From: Caulobacteraceae bacterium
Lineage (GTDB): Bacteria; Pseudomonadota; Alphaproteobacteria; Caulobacterales; Caulobacteraceae
DNA length: 64,000 nt
Reading direction: 5' to 3'
Assembly: GCA_019748055.1 (NCBI GenBank)
Contig: JAIEQC010000050.1
Coordinates: 24,817 to 88,816, forward strand
Part shown: one piece after another, positions 31,632 to 39,457 of the stretch
Layout: each line of letters starts with the position of its first letter
Position numbering within the stretch: the first letter of the stretch is position 1
Notes under the pieces: generated by a model
The model's database searches: none
The model's input: only the letters and a program-made list of their open reading frames with translations
Told to the model about the DNA's origin: nothing
Made by a program: the position numbers and the translations under genes

Positions 31632-32607
31632 AGAGCTCTCCCAAGGTACCACGAAGTGCGCGATCGGCGGCGTCCCATAGTTCGGACGGGAAGAATCCCG
31701 GCGAATAGGCGATGATCGCATCTTCGATCCGGTCGACTACGCCGCCACGCCGAAGCGCCATCGCCACGCTGCGAATTCGCGCGATGACGGCCTCGGCCGG
31801 CGGATCGAGCCGCTCAGCTCGTTCTGACCAATCCCCGTCGCCATCGAACCGGTTATTGAAGTAGTCCATATCCACGTGGAGGAGCACGGGACCGGAGGCA
31901 AGGTTCTCGATCCATTCGCTGATGTCCGGGGTGAGCATGTAGCGCCCCGCACCGCAGCCAACTGCCGGATGTAGCCTGATGGCCGGACGTCTGGCATCGA
32001 GATCGATGAGATCATCCTCCTGCAGATGCGGCTGGATCTCGAAGAGGGCGGTTGATGCAGCTTTCGGCGGCTGACAGAGGTGCCTAACCTCTGCGTTTGG
32101 AAAAGCGTGCAGCACCGGCGTCAGGAAGCTGCCCATCCCGACCGCGCCGCTCCCGAGGGCCCGTCGGACGCTTTCCGGCTCCCCGAAATCGAAAAGCCCG
32201 CCGGCAATCGGATCACGCCAGCCGCCGTCGCCCACGAACAGACGCGGCGACATCAGGTCACGATGATCATCGACGTGCAGAATGGTCAGGTGCGCATCGC
32301 GACGTGTGCCGGAAGCTGCAGCCCAGCGGGCCCAGCTGACCAATGTCCAAGTGTCGTAAAGCGCCGTCGTTACGCGGCCCTGACGCCGTACCGCCTCCAC
32401 CATCTGGCCAAGCCCGGGCGCCCAGCCCTTCAGGTGATCAGTCAGCAGTGGGTCAATGTGTCGTTCTGGCTCGTCCGGCCACCGAAAGTTCAGGCGCCAG
32501 CCGCCAGCTTCAGGCGTCGCCACCGCGTCACGATCGCAGAAGTAGTCTCTCAGGCGTGCGTGCCGGGCGTGTGGTTCTTCCGGCAACCGGTCCCATGGCA
32601 ACCACAC
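31624..32607 (-). CDS. arginase/deacetylase-fold-like protein (UPF0489-like)
   Basis: LHVDDHRDLMSP and LLHVDMDYFNN resemble the metal-binding DxHxD and DxD motifs of the ureohydrolase fold. A GTG at 32607 lies 2 nt after the radical SAM stop. The tracked ORF extends to 32685. Confidence 0.55.
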   Translation of the reverse strand: MWLPWDRLPEEPHARHARLRDYFCDRDAVATPEAGGWRLNFRWPDEPERHIDPLLTDHLKGWAPGLGQMVEAVRRQGRVTTALYDTWTLVSWARWAAASGTRRDAHLTILHVDDHRDLMSPRLFVGDGGWRDPIAGGLFDFGEPESVRRALGSGAVGMGSFLTPVLHAFPNAEVRHLCQPPKAASTALFEIQPHLQEDDLIDLDARRPAIRLHPAVGCGAGRYMLTPDISEWIENLASGPVLLHVDMDYFNNRFDGDGDWSERAERLDPPAEAVIARIRSVAMALRRGGVVDRIEDAIIAYSPGFFPSELWDAADRALRGTLGELYA

Positions 32608-32609
32608 GC

Positions 32610-34736
32610 TCAAGCCGCCAGTGATACTGCGCCCCGTGAGCGGAGCACGGCGGCGAGCGCAGCGCCCGCCCCGGTGAGCTGGCACTGCTCCAGCGTCGCG
32701 AACGCCTGAGCCAAATTCCGGTCGGTGTCCGCCAGTTGGTTGCGCGCCCGGGCGACCATTCTGGCCGGTCCCGAGGCCAGCACATGCTCCCAGAAGCGTC
32801 TCAGTTCTACGAAGACGAAGATGGCGTGCAACAGGCCGGAGACTGGCCGTAGGTCTTCACGCCAAGGGGAGACGACCAGATCCCCCGGTAGCGTTGTGGG
32901 GAAACGGCGCTCAAAGAGATAGAGCTTCTGGTGCCGATGCTCGTGAAGCAGAGAGTCCGCCAGATCGTAGGCGTCGACCATGCCATTTCCCTGACGAACC
33001 GAGACGAAGAGGGCACCGGGCACCGCATCGTCGCTGAAGGACACGATCTTGTCTGGATGGGCCGTCGGATCGCGGATGAACTGCACTGCCGGGCTCGTGA
33101 CCTCGATCTCCCGGCCAAGCGCCGGCCGCCATTCTGCAAGAATGTGTAGCGCCTCATCGACGAGCGGCCGCGCGGCGGCGGCGATCTCCGACGGCTCGAA
33201 CAAGATCGCGTCGCCAAAAGGCCTGCGGAGCCAGCGATCGTCCGCCCCAACGACCGGGGTCTCGATGGGAGATTGGCACAGTCGCTCGATCTCCTCGACA
33301 TAGTCAGCGTCCAGCGCCAGTGGCGCGCCGGCGACGTCACAGACAGTTCGCCCGTCCCGCGTCGCAAGCGTCACATTGCTCCAAGCGACTACGCCGGGTT
33401 GCCAGCTTATGTTGTCCAAGCGCTCTGTCGACAGGGCCAGGATGCGCAGCGCGGTCTCTCCTGTTTGGCCGCCCCGGGTCGCAACGTAGCGCAACGCCGC
33501 CTCCAGAGATGCGCGATGAGCTCGGCCGGCGCCCTCGCGCAGGCTCGCCATCACAGCCTCACCCGTCTCCGCGAGCTCAAAAGCGTCGATATCCATGTCG
33601 AGCTCTGGCTCCCCCACCTCGGCGTCAAGCGCTTCGCTCAGGCGCAACCGAGCATGGGCAATGAGCGCCATCATCTCTCGGCAGTAGACAGTGGGATTGT
33701 TGAAGCCTGCCTCGCTCCACCGGTGCGGCACGGCGCCGCCACCACAGATTTCCGAGACCGCGCAGGCCTGGCACGTCGCACTGAGTCCGGATTTCGAGAG
33801 CAGACGACGATGTGCTTCCAGCTGAGGGGATCTGGCCGACTCGGCGATGGACGTGTTCAGCACACTCCCGCCGAGCTGGGTGTCGTTGCCCACCACCTTC
33901 AGAACATCGAGGTCGTGGTAAGTCCCATCGGTTTCTATGGAGATCAGGCTCACGTCGCCGAAGCCGAACGCATCAGTCCCGGACGGCAACCCCATGATGG
34001 CGTCAAGGAGTGCCTCAAAACTACGGACGGACAGTGATGGATACTGATCGAGCCAGATGTCGAAGGCTCGTTTGAGCCAGCGGACGTATAGATCCGGGTC
34101 CTCGCCCCTACCCTGCGGCGGGCGTCCGTGGTGCGCGTCTGGCAGGAGGAAGTCGATACGCGGAGGGGCGTGGTCTGCGAAATATCCCAAAATCTCAGCG
34201 GGATCCGTCCTCCCGTCGACGACGGCGATCACCCCTGCGAACACGCTGGGCCTGAGCTTCAGGCGCTCAAGGGCGGCTTCGACCTTTTCGAAGCTTGAGC
34301 GGCGCCGACGAGTTGTTCGATGGAGGTCATTTACGGTGCGCGGGCCGTCAAGGCTAAGCGACACGCCGATGCCAGCAGCCTCAAGAAGGTCGAGGGCTGC
34401 GTCGTCCAGCAGCAGGCCGTTCGTCTGCAAACCAATGTCGACGTCGATGCCAGCGCCAGCTGTCTCGCGGATCAGACGAGCGAACTCACAGAGCGACGCC
34501 GCGCCGGCCAGAAGGGGCTCGCCACCGTGGAAGATGACGGCAGCCCGCTTCAGGTCGATGGCTCGAGCATACTCCGCCAGCCGAGCTGCGAAGGCCTCGC
34601 GGTGCTCGTCACTCAATACCTGCGGCATCGTTCGCCACGATTGGTCGGCGTGGTGATAGATGTAGCAGTAGTCGCAATCGAGGTTGCAACGGGACGCGAC
34701 CTTGACGAGGAAGGATGAGATCCTCGTGGGCGTCAT
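32610..34736 (-). CDS. radical SAM/SPASM peptide maturase with C-terminal HExxH domain (FxsB-like)
   Basis: N-terminal SRCNLDCDYCYIYHHADQSW (Cx3Cx2C), a SPASM-type cluster CQACAVSEICGGG...YC, and a roughly 300-aa C-terminal extension with LLHEHRHQKL (HExxH). Confidence 0.85.
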   Translation of the reverse strand: MTPTRISSFLVKVASRCNLDCDYCYIYHHADQSWRTMPQVLSDEHREAFAARLAEYARAIDLKRAAVIFHGGEPLLAGAASLCEFARLIRETAGAGIDVDIGLQTNGLLLDDAALDLLEAAGIGVSLSLDGPRTVNDLHRTTRRRRSSFEKVEAALERLKLRPSVFAGVIAVVDGRTDPAEILGYFADHAPPRIDFLLPDAHHGRPPQGRGEDPDLYVRWLKRAFDIWLDQYPSLSVRSFEALLDAIMGLPSGTDAFGFGDVSLISIETDGTYHDLDVLKVVGNDTQLGGSVLNTSIAESARSPQLEAHRRLLSKSGLSATCQACAVSEICGGGAVPHRWSEAGFNNPTVYCREMMALIAHARLRLSEALDAEVGEPELDMDIDAFELAETGEAVMASLREGAGRAHRASLEAALRYVATRGGQTGETALRILALSTERLDNISWQPGVVAWSNVTLATRDGRTVCDVAGAPLALDADYVEEIERLCQSPIETPVVGADDRWLRRPFGDAILFEPSEIAAAARPLVDEALHILAEWRPALGREIEVTSPAVQFIRDPTAHPDKIVSFSDDAVPGALFVSVRQGNGMVDAYDLADSLLHEHRHQKLYLFERRFPTTLPGDLVVSPWREDLRPVSGLLHAIFVFVELRRFWEHVLASGPARMVARARNQLADTDRNLAQAFATLEQCQLTGAGAALAAVLRSRGAVSLAA

Positions 34737-34744
34737 CGGCGCGC

Positions 34745-34909
34745 CTACGAGCGATTGTGGCGGTGATGCATCCGGTCGTAGCTGGTGATCACTTCGCTCG
34801 CCTGAGCGTCCGAGCGAAGGCGGCCCTGCAACCGCTGAAGAGCCGGGTTGGCCATCTTGGCCTTAAGGACGGACGTCCGGAGCGTGGTAGTCTCTGCAGC
34901 TTGCATCAT
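34745..34909 (-). CDS. 54-aa putative RiPP precursor peptide (not in ORF track)
   Basis: The minus strand reads GAAGGAGATCGCT-ATG ATG.... Translation: MMQAAETTTLRTSVLKAKMANPALQRLQGRLRSDAQASEVITSYDRMHHRHNRS. Strong RBS. The stop lies 8 nt before the radical SAM ATG. Confidence 0.6.
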   Translation of the reverse strand: MMQAAETTTLRTSVLKAKMANPALQRLQGRLRSDAQASEVITSYDRMHHRHNRS

Positions 34910-35019
34910 AGCGATCTCCTTCAAGATAGAGCTAACCTCGATCTACGAATACCGCAACGTGCAATTCCAACCTCCTGAGGGCTCCGCTGTACTAGAGGCT
35001 CGCCTCTCGACCCGCTGGG

Positions 35020-35343
35020 CTAAGGCGCTGACGCAACAGGCGCGCCCCTCGACCGGGGCACGTTCTTCAGACCGACTTGCCGCTCCAAAGCGGCGACATC
35101 CCAACGCAGAAGCGGCAGGTGGCGCTGCGCCATCCTCAGGTTCTGTGGGGCGCCATCGAGGTCGCCGTTCGCGATTTGCGTCGCCGCCAGAGAGTGCGCG
35201 CAGAGGAATTGGCTCCGGGACGGCCCGGACCCGCTGAGGCGTTTTCCGCACTTCGGAGTTTCCTGGGCGGGCAAGTCTTCCTGTTGGCGCAACAGCGTCG
35301 CGGTGAGCAAGTCTCCGGGATCCACCCTTAGCCGACCGACCAC
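35020..35343 (-). pseudogene. remnant paralogous to the C-terminus of the wHTH-TPR regulator at 35986-37212
   Basis: HSLAATQIANGDLDGAPQNLRMAQRHLPLLRWDVAALERQVGLKN aligns with RALAAAQVATGDLEGALQNLRTAQRRMPFLRRDILVLERQIALRDN. The DNA is also alignable (about 35080-35200 vs 36030-36170). Confidence 0.5.
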
Positions 35344-35367
35344 TCCCGACCCATTGCAGACTTCGGG

Positions 35368-35754
35368 TCAGCCGAGTTTCAAACCTTGGGGTTGCGCACC
35401 CGTCACACCGACAATCCGGGGACCGCGCACGAGCCAGCCCAACGTCACGGGGACTAGGTGAAGGAGATGGCTGAGGTGAAAGACATGCGGTTCCAACCCT
35501 TCCCAGCGCGGGCCAAAGTTCAGCGACAAGACCATCAATACGATCCACCAGCCGGTGAGATTTGCGTTCTTCAAGCGTTGAAACGTCAGAACCACGAGGG
35601 CGATGTAGATCGGCAAACCGGCGAGCGTAGCTATCCAGTCTGAAGCTCCCAGCATCCTCAATAGGACAGGGATAACGATGATTGCCGCGATGAGTGCGAC
35701 ACTGGCCCAGCGGTAGTTCTGGATTGCGCACAGACGGTGAAAGAACGTCGCCAT
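35368..35754 (-). CDS. DUF805-family inner membrane protein
   Basis: 128 aa, three to four TM helices, and QRLKNANLTGWWIVL, which resembles the DUF805 RLHD..SGWW motif. Confidence 0.7.
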   Translation of the reverse strand: MATFFHRLCAIQNYRWASVALIAAIIVIPVLLRMLGASDWIATLAGLPIYIALVVLTFQRLKNANLTGWWIVLMVLSLNFGPRWEGLEPHVFHLSHLLHLVPVTLGWLVRGPRIVGVTGAQPQGLKLG

Positions 35755-35985
35755 GAGCGAAGGCTAGCAGTGGTGGAGTAAGCAAACCACCCTCAGGCGA
35801 GCGTCGGCTTCCCACCCTCAGCGGACATTCGCACCGTCCGCTCTAGAGAGGGGCCCCATGTAGTCTACAAGGACGTCTGATGCGCATTTTGGCCGGCGGA
35901 GCGAGGGACGTGGGCGCCATCGGTCAGTGACGCCGGGTGGGGACCGCGCGCATCCTCGTGGCGTTCCCGTCTGGCGCGTCCCGGT

Positions 35986-37212
35986 TCAGGAGGCAGAGGT
36001 AGCTGCCTCGGGATTGTCCCTCAAAGCGATCTGCCGCTCCAAAACGAGGATGTCACGACGAAGGAAGGGCATGCGGCGCTGCGCCGTCCTGAGGTTCTGC
36101 AGCGCCCCCTCCAGGTCGCCCGTGGCGACCTGCGCTGCCGCAAGCGCTCGCCGGTACTCGGGCATCTCGGGATTGGCGGCTACGAGAGACCGAGCCTCCG
36201 TCAGTGCTGCGCGGGCGACCCGTCGGTCATGGCCATGCTCCATCACCAGCCGGACGTCGATCCTAACCCTTAGCGCCCGGGCGAGTGTGAACCGCGGCTG
36301 CACTTCTAGAGCGGATTGCAGCAGCTCCCGCGCAGCCAGCAGGCTGGTTTCATCACCATTGCGGGCAAGCTCCGAAGCGGCGAGATAAAGTTCTTTCGCT
36401 TTCCTCGGCTGCACCAAGAACCCGTTCTCTTGCATCGGCAGACCCAGCACCTCGACTTGGGCGTGGATGGCCGAGACGAAGTGCGACACCGCGCGATCCC
36501 ACGAACCCTCCCGCAGCGGATAGGTTTCGGCCCAGAGCACGAGCCCTGTGGCCGTCTCCACGAGCTCCAGTGCCAAGGCTTCATCGCCCGCAAGCGCGAT
36601 CCTTCGCATGCCGACCACGAGATCCGTGGAACCTTCGCCGTCGCCCGCAACAACAGCTAGGCCAGACAGCCGGGACAAGTCCCGAACCAACAGGCGCCGC
36701 GCGCTGCCCAATGCCTCCGCCGACGTCGAGGTGTCGACGGCGGCTTCGCTTCTGATCGAAAGCGTCAGTGGCTTGGCCGCCCCTGCGCCGCCGTGCTGGA
36801 CGAGGACGATGAGGAGGACCGCGCAAATCGCAGCCACCGCTATTGCGGCCTGTACTCTTCTGCCCCTCCAAAGCGAGGCGCCGATCCCGGCCTGTTCGTA
36901 GGTGCCGAGCGACGTCGTCAGGCGGTAGCCGACGCTTCGTACAGCCTCAATCCCGTCGCGCATCCCCAGGGCGGCCAAGCCGTCGCGCAGCATCTTGGCT
37001 CTCTGTTTGACCGTCTCCCGCGAAACCTGGGCACCCCAGACCCGCTGCTCTATCTCCGCGAATGAGACCGGCTCCGGTGCGCGTTCGCCGAGCACACGGA
37101 GCAGACGGAATGACAAATCCGCCAACTTCACCTCCCGCCTGCCGCAACGGACGGTGCGCGTCGCGTCGCAGACATCCAGCTCCGCCGCAAGGTTTCGATC
37201 TCTATATGTCAT
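35986..37212 (-). CDS. CadC/OmpR-type winged-helix regulator with TM anchor and TPR-like C-terminal domain
   Basis: The ATG at 37212 gives MTYRDRNL.... The wHTH is LSFRLLRVLGERAPEPVSFAEIEQRVWG...VSRETVKQRAKMLRDGL...VRSVGYRL. One TM segment (AAIAVAAICAVLLIVLV) is followed by helical repeats. Confidence 0.75.
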   Translation of the reverse strand: MTYRDRNLAAELDVCDATRTVRCGRREVKLADLSFRLLRVLGERAPEPVSFAEIEQRVWGAQVSRETVKQRAKMLRDGLAALGMRDGIEAVRSVGYRLTTSLGTYEQAGIGASLWRGRRVQAAIAVAAICAVLLIVLVQHGGAGAAKPLTLSIRSEAAVDTSTSAEALGSARRLLVRDLSRLSGLAVVAGDGEGSTDLVVGMRRIALAGDEALALELVETATGLVLWAETYPLREGSWDRAVSHFVSAIHAQVEVLGLPMQENGFLVQPRKAKELYLAASELARNGDETSLLAARELLQSALEVQPRFTLARALRVRIDVRLVMEHGHDRRVARAALTEARSLVAANPEMPEYRRALAAAQVATGDLEGALQNLRTAQRRMPFLRRDILVLERQIALRDNPEAATSAS

Positions 37213-37318
37213 TGAGCACTCGCAGTGTTTTCCATCCTTCACCAATATTTTCTTTGCCGCCGCCACCGGCCACCTCAGGACTGCGGGCCAAGCGTCAAAG
37301 CCAAGGTGAGAAGAAAAC

Positions 37319-38752
37319 ATGCGTGTAACAAGGCGTACGGTCGCGGTGGGGGCAGCGGCGTGGCTCTTCGCCCCCGGAGCAACCGCTCTTGAGGACCCGG
37401 ATGGTCCCCTCAGCGCCGCTGAGGTGTCACAGATCATCCTCGAGGCGGTCGCCAAGGCGAACGGCGTGCCCGGGATGTCGGCTGCGGTGGTGAGGGACGG
37501 TTGCGTCCTGTGGACCGGGACGACTGGCTCCCGGGACCTTGAGCGCGGCTTGGCGGTCGTGCCTGAGACGGCTTTCCGGCTGGCCAGCGTCTCCAAGCTG
37601 ATCACCGCCACAGCAGCAGCAAGGCTTGAGGATGAGGGCCTGCTCGACGTCAATGCTCCGATCCAAGATACAGTCCATTACCTGAGCGGCGCCTGGCCCA
37701 TCATGACCGCCCGCCAGCTTGCGTCCCACACGGCGGGGTTGCCCCACTACCAAGCCATCGACACTGACCGCGGCAGGCAGTCATTCGCATCTGTACGCGA
37801 AACGGTCGCCCTTTTCGAAAGGCGTCCGCTGCTCTCCTCGCCGGGGGAGCGCTACTCTTACAGCTCCTGGGGCTACACGCTGCTCAGCGCCGTCGTTGAG
37901 GAAGCCGCCGGCGTGCCGTTCCTTGACTATGTCGCGACTGACGTCACCGCCGGCCTAGACATCGTGCCCGACACCGCACCCGCCGCCGCGACCGACACGC
38001 TCGCCTATGAGATCGAAGGCGGCTCCCCGAAACGGGCGGCTCCGCATGACTACAGCTATTCCTGGGGAGGCGCCGGCTTCCGCGCACCCGCTTTCGCCCT
38101 CGCCCTGTTCGGCGACCGTGTGATGTCCCCGGCCTTCCTTTCGGATGCGGCGCGCGAGGCGATGTGGACCCCCACGCGCACGAATGATGGACAGGCGGTG
38201 ACCGACGACGACAGCGAGGTCGCCTTCGGTTGGCGCATCACATCCTCCATCGACGGGGAGCGCATGGCCCACCACGCGGGCGCCGCGATCGGAGCGCGCA
38301 GCGTTCTGCTTGTCTACCCGGAACAGCGTGTCTCCGTCGCCTTGCTGTCCAACGCGTCGTGGATTTCGTCCATCGAGCGGACAGCTGAGATGATTTCCGC
38401 ACCGATCAGAGACGTGCCTGCAGGTGCTGGCGACGCCCCATGCCCAGTGGGTGCACGCGCGTTCCACGGAACCTTCCAGGATGCGCACGTCACAGGAACA
38501 GTCCGCTTCCAACTGGAGGGCGGCCTGTGCCAAGGGTCGGTCTCGGCCGACAATGCTTTCGGCAGATGGCTGAACGGGTTCACGCAAAAGCCTCTCGCCG
38601 CCTTCGAGGTGATTGCCCTGAGGGCGGACGGTCGTCTCGACCGCGCCGCCTTCGTCTCCCCGATCGGGGCCCACGAGGTCAGGCGCGGACCCGAAGGAGG
38701 CTTCCAAGTGGACTTCGGCGGCGGTCGCAGCCTTGAGATAGTCCTGCAATGA
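37319..38752 (+). CDS. beta-lactamase-family serine hydrolase with extra C-terminal domain
   Basis: Signal-like N-terminus, SxxK motif in FRLASVSKLITA, YSYSSWGY, and a later HHAGAAIG. The C-terminal part of about 120 aa is unassigned. Confidence 0.85.
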   Translation: MRVTRRTVAVGAAAWLFAPGATALEDPDGPLSAAEVSQIILEAVAKANGVPGMSAAVVRDGCVLWTGTTGSRDLERGLAVVPETAFRLASVSKLITATAAARLEDEGLLDVNAPIQDTVHYLSGAWPIMTARQLASHTAGLPHYQAIDTDRGRQSFASVRETVALFERRPLLSSPGERYSYSSWGYTLLSAVVEEAAGVPFLDYVATDVTAGLDIVPDTAPAAATDTLAYEIEGGSPKRAAPHDYSYSWGGAGFRAPAFALALFGDRVMSPAFLSDAAREAMWTPTRTNDGQAVTDDDSEVAFGWRITSSIDGERMAHHAGAAIGARSVLLVYPEQRVSVALLSNASWISSIERTAEMISAPIRDVPAGAGDAPCPVGARAFHGTFQDAHVTGTVRFQLEGGLCQGSVSADNAFGRWLNGFTQKPLAAFEVIALRADGRLDRAAFVSPIGAHEVRRGPEGGFQVDFGGGRSLEIVLQ

Positions 38753-38862
38753 GCCCCGGCCGGTCGTCTTCAGCTTGAGCGCAAGGGGGGCGGCCTTGCG
38801 CCAGGAGCGGAACTTCGAGCTGATGCGGAAAGCCGACTGTCGAACTGTACCAGCTCAATTGG

Positions 38863-39450
38863 TCATGTCGCGTTGAGACTGCGGCGCACAACAGCCGGAA
38901 GGCTCGTGCACATCTCCACCCGTTCACGCCCAATGCAGGCGATGACCTCTGCTACGTGGTGCGCCGCCACACGCATCCTCGCATCCACCAACGCTCCATA
39001 CAGTGCGTCGCCGAGGCCAGCCTCGCCTAGCCCAGCGCGGACCCCGGGCGTTAACAGCAGGTCAATGGTCGACGCGACCACAAGGCCAGGAAAACGGACA
39101 GCCGCCAGCGACGTCGCCTTGCGCTCGTCGATATAGGCCACCACGCCGGCCCGTTCGGCGTATACCAGCGTCGCCGCCTCACCGTCATCCAAGGTCTGGG
39201 CTGCATCACCGGCCAGAAGGCTAAGAAAAACGTCTTCATCCTGGGGGTCTAGATCGACCACCTGCATCAGGCCGAGATGCAGCCAGACCGCCACGTGATC
39301 AGCCGCATGCCGCCCCTTATCGCGGCCTCGCTCCAGTTCGGTGAGCGCGGTCCGCGTGATTTCGAGGCTTCCGTCGTAGAGCCCCAGAATCCTGTCAGCG
39401 CAGCCCGTGGCGGCGAGATTGATCCAGACGCTCGCATCGGCGACGGCCAT
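38863..39450 (-). CDS. PIN-like nuclease-fold protein
   Basis: N-terminal VADASVWINL (Asp), DDGEAATLVYA (Glu) and YIDERKA (Asp) spaced as in PIN-like domains. Starts 7 nt after the XRE-ImmA stop. Confidence 0.55.
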   Translation of the reverse strand: MAVADASVWINLAATGCADRILGLYDGSLEITRTALTELERGRDKGRHAADHVAVWLHLGLMQVVDLDPQDEDVFLSLLAGDAAQTLDDGEAATLVYAERAGVVAYIDERKATSLAAVRFPGLVVASTIDLLLTPGVRAGLGEAGLGDALYGALVDARMRVAAHHVAEVIACIGRERVEMCTSLPAVVRRSLNAT

Positions 39451-39457
39451 GCGCGCC

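Noticed and set aside
34715-35237. Plus-strand ORFs 34715-34978 and 34848-35237 across the RiPP leader region
   Set aside because: No RBS or motif, and they lie antisense to the RBS-preceded precursor ORF and the regulator-tail remnant. Judged less likely than the minus-strand reading.
34943-35815. 290-aa minus-strand ORF overlapping the DUF805 gene
   Set aside because: A different frame from the clearly membrane-like DUF805 ORF, and the translation is Arg/Pro/Ser-rich with no motifs.
38753-38862. Short minus-strand reading ...ISSKFRSWRKAAPLALKLKTTGRG between the hydrolase and the PIN-like gene, possibly a relic of a recombinase or transposase C-terminus
   Set aside because: Too short, and I cannot assign it to any family from sequence alone. 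Not reported as a feature.
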